This document shows, one piece after another, positions 1 through 9,159 of a DNA stretch of 53,456 nucleotides; position 1 is the first letter of the stretch, and each line of letters begins with the position of its first letter. The notes under the pieces are model-generated. The model searched no databases, was not told the DNA's origin, and worked only from the letters and a program-made list of their open reading frames with translations. This DNA is from an uncultured Gemmatimonadota bacterium (GTDB taxonomy: Bacteria; GCA-2686955). Where the stretch lies: contig CAZBBK010000037.1 in NCBI GenBank assembly GCA_964490075.1, positions 1-53,456 on the forward strand, in the 5' to 3' direction. A program made the translations under genes and the position numbers.

Positions 1-1560
1 GACATCGCTTCGTGGCTGCACGATACGCGGGAATCGGGCCGACGATCTGGGCGGTGGCGGCCTGCTGGCGGTCGCCGGCGCGGCGCATCTCAGCGCCTGC
101 AGCGTAGAGGAAAACAGCGCCCGAGGCGCCGGTGGCGGCATATCGGCCCAGGCCTGCGCGCTGCGCCTGGAGCGGTGCACGGTGCGCAACAACTCCACGG
201 CCGGGGTGGATCACACCAGCAATGGCGGAGGGATGTTCTTCGCGCGCTGCAGTCCGTCGCTCGACCGTTGCACGATCGTCGGCAACAGCGCGGTAGATCG
301 GGGGGCGCCATCTACTGCGACGACTCGACGCCGCTGGTGGTCAACAGCATCCTCTGGGGCAATCTCCCTCGAGAGATTTCGGGCAATCCAGAAGTCCGCT
401 ACTCCCTGGTGCAGCGCGGCTTCCCTGGCGAGGGGAACATCAGATCCGATCCCAGATTCTGTGATGCTACCTGCGGGCATTTCGCGGATCTTGCGCTGGC
501 CGCGGACTCGCCCTGCATCGGGGCGGGAGAGGAAGGAACCGACATCGGCGCCTGGGGGCCCGATTGCGACCTGCCCGCCGTTCACGATCCCTTGGTGATC
601 GAGGTTCCGCGCGACCACTCGAGCATTAGGGAGGCGCTGGCTGACGCCTGTGATGCCGACACCGTACTCATCGCCCCGGGCACCTACCGCGAGGGGATGC
701 TCGAGATTCCTCCCTTGGATTTGACGGTGCGCGGCCGAGACCCGCAGGATCGGGCGATCGTCGCCAGCACCGTGATCGACGGAGGGGGAGACGATGTGCT
801 GCTCTTCGATCCGGCGCCGCCTGGAGCGAGGCGAGCTCTGGCCGGACTCACGATCACCGGCGGCGGATCGGGAATCGTCTGCAACGAGACCTCTCCGCTG
901 ATCGATCGCTGCGCGATCGTCGGCAACGACGCGGCGGTCTACGGCGGGGGGATTCGCTCGATCCGCTCCTCGCCGACCATCGTGGGTTGCTCGATCTCGC
1001 GAAACCGGGCCAGCATCGGCGCGGGAGTCTTCTGTGAGGATGGCGCCCCCGAGATCCGCAACTGCATCATCTTCGAGAACAGCGCCGGGCGGACCGGTGG
1101 GGGGCTTCATTCCTTCAGGTCGAGCGCCAGCTTGCTCAACTGCACCGTGACATCGAACGAGGCGGGTGAGGATGGCGGAGGGTTTTCGAGCCGTGGATCG
1201 TCGCCGCGAGTGACCAATTGTATTGTCTGGGGAGACGCACCGGATGAGATGGGCGACGGCGATCCTGTGGTGACCTACTCGGGGATCGAAGGCGGCTTTC
1301 CGGGTGAGGGCAACATCGCTCTCGACCCCCGGCTCTCCGAATGGCGTGGCCTGAGCGCGCTCCCCAACCCGATCGATCGATGGGTCGGCGACACCTACAT
1401 GTTGCGTTCGCCCTGTATCGACGCCGGCGACCCGGTCATCAACGACGGCGTCTCGGACCGGCATCCGCGGTGGCCTCCCAGCTATGCGAACGAAGCACGC
1501 TCAGACATGGGCGCCTATGGCGGGCCGGGGAACTGGCGCTGGGCGGGCTCGCTCGAATAG
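1..1560 (+). CDS. Secreted right-handed parallel beta-helix repeat protein (5'-partial; frameshift at G6 run 300-305)
   Basis: Frame 2 from base 2 reads TSLRGCTIRGNRADDLGGGG...CTIVGNSAVDRG, then continues in frame 1 as GAIYCDDSTPLVVNSILWGN. Repeated GGGI/CTIxGN beta-helix motifs; C-terminal SPCIDAGDP...DMGAYGGPGN. Confidence 0.85.
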   Translation, partial: DIASWLHDTRESGRRSGRWRPAGGRRRGASQRLQRRGKQRPRRRWRHIGPGLRAAPGAVHGAQQLHGRGGSHQQWRRDVLRALQSVARPLHDRRQQRGRSGGAIYCDDSTPLVVNSILWGNLPREISGNPEVRYSLVQRGFPGEGNIRSDPRFCDATCGHFADLALAADSPCIGAGEEGTDIGAWGPDCDLPAVHDPLVIEVPRDHSSIREALADACDADTVLIAPGTYREGMLEIPPLDLTVRGRDPQDRAIVASTVIDGGGDDVLLFDPAPPGARRALAGLTITGGGSGIVCNETSPLIDRCAIVGNDAAVYGGGIRSIRSSPTIVGCSISRNRASIGAGVFCEDGAPEIRNCIIFENSAGRTGGGLHSFRSSASLLNCTVTSNEAGEDGGGFSSRGSSPRVTNCIVWGDAPDEMGDGDPVVTYSGIEGGFPGEGNIALDPRLSEWRGLSALPNPIDRWVGDTYMLRSPCIDAGDPVINDGVSDRHPRWPPSYANEARSDMGAYGGPGNWRWAGSLE

Positions 1561-1567
1561 TCGGCCC

Positions 1568-3694
1568 TCAGGACCCCCCAACCCACCGCAGGTTGCCGGG
1601 TCCACCATAGGCGCCCATGTCCGAACGGGGACCGTTCGGGTAGGAGTCGGGCCAGCGCGGATGCCAGTCCGAAACCCCGTCCTGGATGCCCGGGTCGCCG
1701 GCGTCGATGCAGGGGGAGCCGGGTGCCGGCAGGTGGTCGAAGCCGGCGTATGAGATCCAGTCCGGATCGGCGTCGATGTTGCCGTCGCCGCTCCAGCCGC
1801 CCTGCACATCGGAGTAGCGCACCTCGGGAGCACGGCCATGGTCCGCGACGATTTCGTCGGGCACGTTGCCCCAGAGGATGCAGTTGGTGAAGCTGGTGGC
1901 GGCGAAGTAGCTCAGGACCGCGCCACCCTCCTCCGCGACGTTCCCGGTCAGGGTGCAGTTGGCGAGATCGGGCCTGGCGTTGTTCTTGGCATGGAGCCCG
2001 CCGCCATCGCGGCGGGCCGAGTTGCCCTCGATGACACAGTTGCGCAGCACCGGGCTGGCGGTTGTTTCGGCGTTCAGGCCGCCGCCGTCGTCCTGCGTCG
2101 AGTTGCCGGCGACGATGCAGTTGGTGATCAGTGGCGCGGCCCCGTAGCCGCAGCGCAGGCCGCCACCGCTCTCCACGGCCGCGTTGCCGCTCACCAGGCA
2201 GCGATCGATCCAGGGGCTCGCCGCGTTGCAGATCAGCCCGCAGCCGCCGCCGGTGATCGTCACACCCGCCAGCTTCGGCTGCACGGCCGGATGGGTGGGC
2301 GCGAAGGCGAGCACGTCGGATCCGCCGCCGTCGATGACGGTCGCGGCGACGGTCTCGCGATCGACTGGATCCCAACCGCGAACCACCACATCGAGCGCCG
2401 GAACGACCAGCGTGGGCTCCAGGTAGACCCCCGGCGCGATCAGAATCGTGTCATGGTCGCAGGCGGCCTCGAGCGCCGCGCCGATCGACGAATAGGCGGC
2501 GGGAACCTCCAGCACCGCACCGGTGGTCTGCCGCGGCAGGTCGCAGGATTGCGCCCAGGCGCCCATGTCGGTGCCGCCGAAGCCGGTGCCCAGGCAGGGA
2601 GAGTCGGCGGCCAGCCCGAGATCGGCGAAGCCACCGCAGGTCGCGTCACAGAAACGCGGGTCGGCGTCGATATTTCCCACGCCTGGCCAGCCGCCCAGGA
2701 CATTCGAGTAGTAGACCTCCGTGTGGTCGATGTAGTAGCTGATCTGATCCGGGGCGTTGGCCCAGAAGATCGTATTGACCGACAGCGAAGGGCTGTAGTA
2801 ACAGTACAATCCGCCACCCTTTTCGGACGAGTTCGCGGCGACCGTACAGTTCGTCAGGCTGGCGTACGAGAACGAGGCGATGCCGCCACCGCGGTGGCCT
2901 GCCGAGTTGCCCGCGACGGTGCAGTCCACGAGGATCGACGAGGAATTGTAGTAGTCGATGATCCCACCGCCCTCATGCGCCGAGTTGCGCAGGATTCGAC
3001 AACGCTCGAGGGTGGTTTCGCAGCCGTCGTGGCAGGAGACCCCGCCGCCATTGTCCGCCGAGGTATTGTCGGCGATCGTGCAGTCCTGGAGGATCGGAGA
3101 GCAGTCGTAAGCGCAACGGACTCCGCCGCCGAAATCCTCGCTGGTGTTGTCGCTCACGGTGCAGTCGATCAAGCTCGGAGACGCTTGCCGACAGTAGATT
3201 CCGCCGCCACCCGTGGAGTGCCAGCCGCCCTTCCCGACGACGGAGTTTCCGCTCACCACGCAGCTCAGGATCGAGGGGGTGGAGCGCACGCAGTAGATGC
3301 CGCCGCCGGCGGTGCTGGGGCCGTAGTCGAACTTGCTGACCAACACGCCGGTTCCCCCGGTGAGCGTGAACCCCGCCAGCACCGAGCCGGAGCCTTCACC
3401 GTCCTGGAACCGAACTACGCTGCAAAGCTCCTCGCAGTCCGCGCTCGACGCATCGACCACGGTCGCGGCTACCACCGCGGGGTCGCTTGGGTCGACGCTC
3501 GTCACCTCGATCGCTTTGCCCGCGAAGGTGATCGCTTCGGAGTAGGTCCCAGGCTGCACCAGCACCGAGTCGCCGTTGGCCGCCGCATCGATGGCCGATT
3601 GGATCGTGACGAAATCGTCCGGGACGTGGATCGTGCGAGCGTGGGCGAGCGCCGTGGCGAGCAGCGCGGCCGTGACCGTGCCTTTGAATTTCAT
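1568..3694 (-). CDS. Secreted tandem right-handed beta-helix repeat protein
   Basis: Signal peptide MKFKGTVTAALLATALAHA, then TIHVPDDFVTIQSAIDAA...PGTY; many GGGIYC/CTIxDN repeats; same C-terminal motif as neighbour. Start chosen at ATG 3694 rather than the ORF-track start. Confidence 0.88.
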   Translation of the reverse strand: MKFKGTVTAALLATALAHARTIHVPDDFVTIQSAIDAAANGDSVLVQPGTYSEAITFAGKAIEVTSVDPSDPAVVAATVVDASSADCEELCSVVRFQDGEGSGSVLAGFTLTGGTGVLVSKFDYGPSTAGGGIYCVRSTPSILSCVVSGNSVVGKGGWHSTGGGGIYCRQASPSLIDCTVSDNTSEDFGGGVRCAYDCSPILQDCTIADNTSADNGGGVSCHDGCETTLERCRILRNSAHEGGGIIDYYNSSSILVDCTVAGNSAGHRGGGIASFSYASLTNCTVAANSSEKGGGLYCYYSPSLSVNTIFWANAPDQISYYIDHTEVYYSNVLGGWPGVGNIDADPRFCDATCGGFADLGLAADSPCLGTGFGGTDMGAWAQSCDLPRQTTGAVLEVPAAYSSIGAALEAACDHDTILIAPGVYLEPTLVVPALDVVVRGWDPVDRETVAATVIDGGGSDVLAFAPTHPAVQPKLAGVTITGGGCGLICNAASPWIDRCLVSGNAAVESGGGLRCGYGAAPLITNCIVAGNSTQDDGGGLNAETTASPVLRNCVIEGNSARRDGGGLHAKNNARPDLANCTLTGNVAEEGGAVLSYFAATSFTNCILWGNVPDEIVADHGRAPEVRYSDVQGGWSGDGNIDADPDWISYAGFDHLPAPGSPCIDAGDPGIQDGVSDWHPRWPDSYPNGPRSDMGAYGGPGNLRWVGGS

Positions 3695-3800
3695 CGAGAT
3701 ACTCCCATTCCTGACACCGGCTGATCGCCGAGAACTCGGGGACATCCCTTTCACCCTAACCCCCCTCGGGCGCACAAACGGCTCGATTCCGTGGTGGGGC

Positions 3801-4217
3801 TCAGAGCGAATACCTGAATGACACCTCCACCCGCACATCGGGGTGAAGACTCGCCCGCACCGGGCAGGTGTCGGCGGCACGCTCCAGAACCTGGCGCTGG
3901 CGGGGATCGATCGCCATGGGCATCTGGAACTCCAGCTCCAGCTTCCCGATGCGCCGCACCGGGTCGTGCACCATGTGCTTGCGCACCCGGCAGCGCGCCG
4001 GCTCGAGCTCGATGCCGCGCCGGCGCGCCGCGATCCCCATGATCGTGAGCATGCAGGTGCCCATCGAGGTGCCCACCAGGTCGGTGGGCGAGAAGAGCTC
4101 GCCGCGCCCTTCGTTGTCTACCGGGGCGTCGGTGCGCAGCGTCTCGCCGCTCGGTCCGTGCACCGCCTGCGTGTGCAGGTCGCCCTGGTAGACGATCTCG
4201 ACCTCGACCGCAGCCAC
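3801..4217 (-). CDS. OsmC/Ohr-family protein
   Basis: TDAPxDNxGxGExFSPTDL, two conserved Cys (GTCML, TCPV). Confidence 0.9.
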   Translation of the reverse strand: MAAVEVEIVYQGDLHTQAVHGPSGETLRTDAPVDNEGRGELFSPTDLVGTSMGTCMLTIMGIAARRRGIELEPARCRVRKHMVHDPVRRIGKLELEFQMPMAIDPRQRQVLERAADTCPVRASLHPDVRVEVSFRYSL

Positions 4218-4221
4218 GGGC

Positions 4222-6309
4222 TCAGATCTTCATCGTTTTGGTGTAGTCGGTTCCGATTACACCCTTGCGACAGGCTTTCGAGGCGATGAACTCCGCCGCG
4301 TGCCGGCATTGTACATCGAGCGCCTCGCCCAAGTCGGTCCCGCAGGCGGCCTGCGCGCAAGCGACGATGGCCGCGCGTGCCGTCTCGGTCGCCGGGCTGT
4401 CGGCCTCCGGCAGCTCGCCGGCATCGGTCGCCAGGTCGAAGGCGCCGCGCTCCAGCTCGCGCTTGGCGATTCCGTCGCTGCGCCCCTGGGCCAGGTTCCA
4501 GGCGACCTGCAGCGCGCCCTCGATCGGCCCGGCGTGGTCGATCAGCCAGCCCACCGCATCGCCGGCCTTGACGTTGCGGCCGCTGAGCAGCATGTGCATC
4601 ACCTTCGACCGCTCGGCTGGCGGCGCCTTGCGGATCGTCCAGTGACAGCCTTCGACGCCGGGCACGATCGGCAGGGTCACTTCGGGGAAGCCGAAGCGGG
4701 CGTCGTCGACCGCCACCAGGTAGTCGCAGTGCACCATCAGCTCGAGCATGCCGCCCAGACAACGCTTGCCGGCGATGAAGCCGACCGCCGTCGCGAAGTC
4801 CGAATCGAGGCGCCGCGCGGTGCTCGACCAGGCCTTGGTGAGCCGCACCCCCTCGTTCACGTCCTCGAGAGAGGGGTAGATCGCGGAGGTGTCGGCACCG
4901 ACCATCTGTGTCGAGAGGTGAAAATCGCTCGTCAGGATCAGGTTCTCGATCCCCTCGGCGCGCAGCCAGTCGAAGGCCCGGTTCAGCTCGCGATCGACAT
5001 CGTCGTTCATGCTCTCGCGGCTGATGGTGACCACTCCGACCGACCCGTCGTGCTCGGCATTGACATAAAGTTGTTGCCAGTCGGCCGCGCCGATCGTCTC
5101 GAAGGCTTCGGGGTGCCAGGCCGCCTCGCTGGCCGCCGGATGGAGGCGATGGTAGGCTTCGACCGTGTCGATCACCCGGCCGGTCCCGGCCTCGCGAATC
5201 ACCGCCAAGATCCCGCGCCGGAACTGGGCGCAGAGCTCGCCGATGGCGTTGATATGGGTCAGGTGGCCGCGCTGCTCGTGCAGCATCAGGCTGGTCATCT
5301 GGAAGAGCGGGCCCAAGATCCAGGCCTCGAACTCCGCGTTCTCTTCTTCGTTCATCGACCAGTCGACCAGCGGCCGGAAGTGGTTCGGCGGATACCAGCT
5401 CTGTCCGGTCTCCTTGCGCTGGGCGATCTCGGCGGTCGGCGCGAAGAGCGGTCCGTACATCTCGGCCAAGTGGTGCAGACAGGACCAGGTGAGGAATGTC
5501 GCGCCTTTGGTGCCGATCGCGTCGTGTGCCCGCAGCGGATTGGGGCCTACCAGCTTGCGCGTGAACTTGTCGGCCTTCCAGCCGGGCATGTTCGAGGCGG
5601 TGCAGTAGCGCGACGCCGCCAAGGTCACGCCGCAGAAGAGCACGTCGAGCACGAAGGACCAGTTGTCCGACACCGCCACCGGGATCAACCCCAGTGCCCA
5701 CAGGAGCTGACCGATCGCCCGCGGCTGGTCCTCCACCGTCTCCCAGATCTTGTTGATCTCGTGCGGGAAGGCCGGGTGGGCGACACCCACGCCGAGCTCC
5801 GCCGCCGGGAAGCCCGAGGTGACCGAGCGGATCTCGATCTCGGGAAAAGCGTCGCGGAAGATCTTGTAGTGGGAACGCTTCAGCTCCAGGATCTCGGGAA
5901 TCGCCTCCAGCAAGAAGCGCGGCCGCAGCCCGGCCAGCTCCTCAGGCAGACTACGCCCGTCGTAGCTGAGCCGAATGATGTTGCGCATGATCGCGTCGGC
6001 GCCCTCGCGCCCGAAGGCCCGCGCCAACCCTGGATACTGCGCCCCGATCCCGTCCGGCGTGCCTGGGAAATCCAGCGCCACCATTTTCACGCCGAAGGGT
6101 GTCAGGCGCGATCCGAGCTGCATCGTCTTGCCGGCGCCGACGATTCCGTTGGCGCCGGAGATTACCATCGAGCCACGATTCGCAGAGTCGCCGAATACTC
6201 TGTCCACCGCCTCGCCGGCGCTGAGCGGCAACCGGCCCTTGCGGAAGATATCGAGCACCGTGCCCAGGCCGATGGTTTCTAGTGTCGTTTCCCTCATTGC
6301 CTTGGTCAT
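4222..6309 (-). CDS. 3-hydroxyacyl-CoA dehydrogenase / enoyl-CoA hydratase fusion
   Basis: N-terminal Rossmann GANGIVG and LLEAIPE; C-terminal crotonase motifs CLGGMLEL and FGFPEVTLPIVPG; directly downstream of a thiolase. Confidence 0.8.
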   Translation of the reverse strand: MTKAMRETTLETIGLGTVLDIFRKGRLPLSAGEAVDRVFGDSANRGSMVISGANGIVGAGKTMQLGSRLTPFGVKMVALDFPGTPDGIGAQYPGLARAFGREGADAIMRNIIRLSYDGRSLPEELAGLRPRFLLEAIPEILELKRSHYKIFRDAFPEIEIRSVTSGFPAAELGVGVAHPAFPHEINKIWETVEDQPRAIGQLLWALGLIPVAVSDNWSFVLDVLFCGVTLAASRYCTASNMPGWKADKFTRKLVGPNPLRAHDAIGTKGATFLTWSCLHHLAEMYGPLFAPTAEIAQRKETGQSWYPPNHFRPLVDWSMNEEENAEFEAWILGPLFQMTSLMLHEQRGHLTHINAIGELCAQFRRGILAVIREAGTGRVIDTVEAYHRLHPAASEAAWHPEAFETIGAADWQQLYVNAEHDGSVGVVTISRESMNDDVDRELNRAFDWLRAEGIENLILTSDFHLSTQMVGADTSAIYPSLEDVNEGVRLTKAWSSTARRLDSDFATAVGFIAGKRCLGGMLELMVHCDYLVAVDDARFGFPEVTLPIVPGVEGCHWTIRKAPPAERSKVMHMLLSGRNVKAGDAVGWLIDHAGPIEGALQVAWNLAQGRSDGIAKRELERGAFDLATDAGELPEADSPATETARAAIVACAQAACGTDLGEALDVQCRHAAEFIASKACRKGVIGTDYTKTMKI

Positions 6310-6324
6310 CTTCTTCGCCTTCCT

Positions 6325-7521
6325 CTACGAAACCCGCAGCACGGCGGCGATGCCGACATCGCCCGCGGCACAACCGAAGATCAGCACGTGGCCGCCGCCC
6401 AGGTCGACCGCCTCCTCCAGCGCCTCGATCGCGACCCGCGTCAGGGTCGGGCCCTGGGGATGGCCCCAGACCAGGGGGCAGCCGGTGCGGTTCATCTTCG
6501 CCCAGTCGTAGTCGAGCACCTTGCGGAACACCACGTCGTTGACCGAGAAGGGGTTGTGGTTCTTGACCACCGCCATATCGTCCATCGTCAATCCGGTGCG
6601 CTCGAGCAAGGCCTGCACCGCGAAGGCCGGCGCCTCCGGCATCAGGCTGGGATCGGTGCGGACTTCGGCCTTGGCGACGAACTCGATGTCGATCTCGGGA
6701 CGCGGGCTGAGGTCGGCGACTCGATCCTTGGTGGTGACCAACAGGCATGCCATGCCGTCGGAGGCGTGGGTCTGGGTGCCGCCGGTGACGCAGGTGTCGA
6801 GCTCGCGCATCGCCCGCATCTCACCGAGGCTCATGCGGCGCACGCCCAGGTCGTTGTCGATGCGGCCCAGCGGCCGCCCGGCGACGTTCAGGACTTCGAG
6901 CGGCACCAGCACGCGGTCGAGAAATCCCGAGTCCTTGGCCTCGAAATACTGTTGGTAGCGCAAGAACGCGACATCGTCCGCCTCGCGCCGGTCCACCTTG
7001 TACTTTCGCGCGGTCAGACCCGCCGCGCTCATCATCGCGTTGCCGGTGGCAGGATCGAAGCCGAAGTTGTCCCAGACGTCGGAGATCGCCTGGGTGCGCT
7101 CATGGGCGCGGCGCTCGGGGAAGACGCCGACCGGCGAGTCGCTGGTGCGGTCGAAGGTCAGCACCCCGACCACGTCGTGGGCCTGAGAGTCGACTTCGGC
7201 GGCGGCCAGCAGCGTGGCCTGCAGGCCGGTCGCGCAGGCCTGCTCGACGTGGTAGCCGGGGATCCGGTGGCCGAGGCAGCTCGCCACCAGCGGCGCGTTC
7301 CAGAATTTCCAGTGCCAGGGGATGGTCGAGCCGATGATCAGCGACTCGAGCTCGGTGCGGGGCACCTTGCGGAGCCCGAGAATGCGGTTCATCGACTCGC
7401 CGGCGAACTGGCCGATGTTGACCTCGGCGAGTGCCGAAGTCTGCCAGGCCGGGAAGTAGCTGCTGCCCCATGTCCCGTATGGAATTCGGGCGCGGGGGAA
7501 CATTTGCTGCGCGCTTGCCAT
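6325..7521 (-). CDS. Thiolase (acetyl-CoA C-acyltransferase family)
   Basis: QACATG (catalytic Cys), SDG, KNHNPF, WGHPQG, GCAAG; start at MASAQQMF. Confidence 0.88.
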   Translation of the reverse strand: MASAQQMFPRARIPYGTWGSSYFPAWQTSALAEVNIGQFAGESMNRILGLRKVPRTELESLIIGSTIPWHWKFWNAPLVASCLGHRIPGYHVEQACATGLQATLLAAAEVDSQAHDVVGVLTFDRTSDSPVGVFPERRAHERTQAISDVWDNFGFDPATGNAMMSAAGLTARKYKVDRREADDVAFLRYQQYFEAKDSGFLDRVLVPLEVLNVAGRPLGRIDNDLGVRRMSLGEMRAMRELDTCVTGGTQTHASDGMACLLVTTKDRVADLSPRPEIDIEFVAKAEVRTDPSLMPEAPAFAVQALLERTGLTMDDMAVVKNHNPFSVNDVVFRKVLDYDWAKMNRTGCPLVWGHPQGPTLTRVAIEALEEAVDLGGGHVLIFGCAAGDVGIAAVLRVS

Positions 7522-7911
7522 GGTGTTCGTGGCCTCCGTGCTCGGGCAGCGGTCGCGGGGATGCGCGGGGAAGCTCAGGCAGCGTGCCGCCGGCTCGAGA
7601 CTTCGTGGTTGAAGCGCCCGCGGCGCGCGTCCTGCAAGCGCCGTGGGGTGGGAAGTCAATCCGAGCATTCTCCGCCCACGGCGCGGCTTTCACAACCCCC
7701 TGATTGGCGCGGGGGAGGGTCCCGTCAAAGTCGCCGGGACCCGGCTTTGGGCTTTGGGCCCGGACATCGGACATCCAGGGCGGACCGCGCGGGTGGCGGG
7801 CAAGCGAGCCGAGCGCAAGCCGGCGACTCTGCCGGGACCCTGTGCCGCAGGGCGTCGACTGCCTTCTTCGACGACGAGCCTCGATGTTCGGCGAGTCCTG
7901 GCACGTACGAG

Positions 7912-8979
7912 TCAGCGCAGCCAGCCGGCGTTGCCCGGACCGCCGTAGGCCCCCATGTCGGAGCGGGGGGCGTTCGGATACCAGAGCGGCCAGCGCGAGT
8001 GCCAGTCGGAAACGCCGTCTTCGATGGCGGGATCGCCGCTGTCGACACAGGGTGAGGAAGGGGCGAGCAGATAGTCGAAGCCGCCGAACGACCGGAAGAG
8101 CGGATCGGCGTCGATGTTGCCCGTTCCCTCGTAGCCACCCTCCACGTCGCAGTAGCGCAGCGTCGGATTCCAGTGGTCGCTCGGCACGTTGTGGATCTGG
8201 TCGGGCGAGTTGCCCCAGATGACACAATTGGTCAGCTCTCCGCCGGAGTAGTAGCCGAAGTACAGACCGCCGCCGAGCCCGCCGGAGGAGTTGTCCACAA
8301 CGACACAGTTGCTCAGCCTCGGGTTGGATTCCGAACAGAAGATCGCGCCGCCGTCGCCCGTGGCCGAGTTGCCCGAGATGATGCAGTTGGTCAGGATCGG
8401 GGCCGACGTATCGTACAAGTACAGCGCGCCGCCGAGCTCGCCGTTGTTGCTCGATAGGGAGCAGTTGATGAACACGGGACCGGACGACTTGCAGCGCGCC
8501 GCCCCGCCCTCGCCCGAGTTCTCGGAGATCGAGCAGTCGATCAGGGTCGGGTGGCTGGAGCGGCAGGAGAGCCCGCCGCCGGACCCGCCCGAGTTGCCGG
8601 AAATGACGCAGTCGATCAGGGTCGGCGACGAGTAGACGCAGTCGACCCCACTGAATGTTGCGCCGGTGATGGTGAAACCGCTCACCAGCGACGCCGGTGT
8701 CTCGGCGCCGCTGAAGTCGAGCGCGCTCCCGGCGCCCTGGCAGTCGATCACGGTGGCCGCCGCCCCGGATTCGGAGAGCAGCACGCGGTCGACCCCGCGG
8801 AACTCGATGTTTTGGTTTCCCGCACCGGTATAGGTGCCCGGAGCGACGAGCACGGTGTCGCCTTCACCGGCGGCGTCGAGACCGGCCTGGATGGTGGGTT
8901 GATCGGCGGGTACCCGAATCACCGTGGCTTGGGCGCAGGTGCCGAGAGCGACGAGAAGAGCTGAGCATTGGTGGCGCAT
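7912..8979 (-). CDS. Secreted single-module beta-helix repeat protein
   Basis: Signal peptide, VIRVPADQPTIQAGLDAA...PGTY, GGALY repeats, shared C-terminal DGVSDWHSRWP...DMGAYGGPGN. Confidence 0.88.
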   Translation of the reverse strand: MRHQCSALLVALGTCAQATVIRVPADQPTIQAGLDAAGEGDTVLVAPGTYTGAGNQNIEFRGVDRVLLSESGAAATVIDCQGAGSALDFSGAETPASLVSGFTITGATFSGVDCVYSSPTLIDCVISGNSGGSGGGLSCRSSHPTLIDCSISENSGEGGAARCKSSGPVFINCSLSSNNGELGGALYLYDTSAPILTNCIISGNSATGDGGAIFCSESNPRLSNCVVVDNSSGGLGGGLYFGYYSGGELTNCVIWGNSPDQIHNVPSDHWNPTLRYCDVEGGYEGTGNIDADPLFRSFGGFDYLLAPSSPCVDSGDPAIEDGVSDWHSRWPLWYPNAPRSDMGAYGGPGNAGWLR

Positions 8980-9159
8980 GACTGGTTCGCCTTGTCTGGA
9001 GGGCCTGGCGAGCCGCGGATTGATCGGCGATTCTCGGGCCCGCGTCTGAATCGGTGTGCCCTGGATCGTGGGACGATTCTCCCGCCAAATGGGCTGGGTC
9101 GGACGGGCGTTGCGGGGACACGCACCGGCTGGTCACGCCCCGCACGAGTCTCTACGCTC

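Noticed and set aside
7568..7577. 10-nt match (GGGAAGCTCA) to the 5' end of the crRNA from spacer 52677-52713
   Set aside because: Too short to exceed chance, and no suitable PAM.
1..8979. Diversity-generating retroelement or shufflon explanation for the repeated C-termini
   Set aside because: No reverse transcriptase or recombinase seen; copies are all within genes and differences are not visibly adenine-specific.
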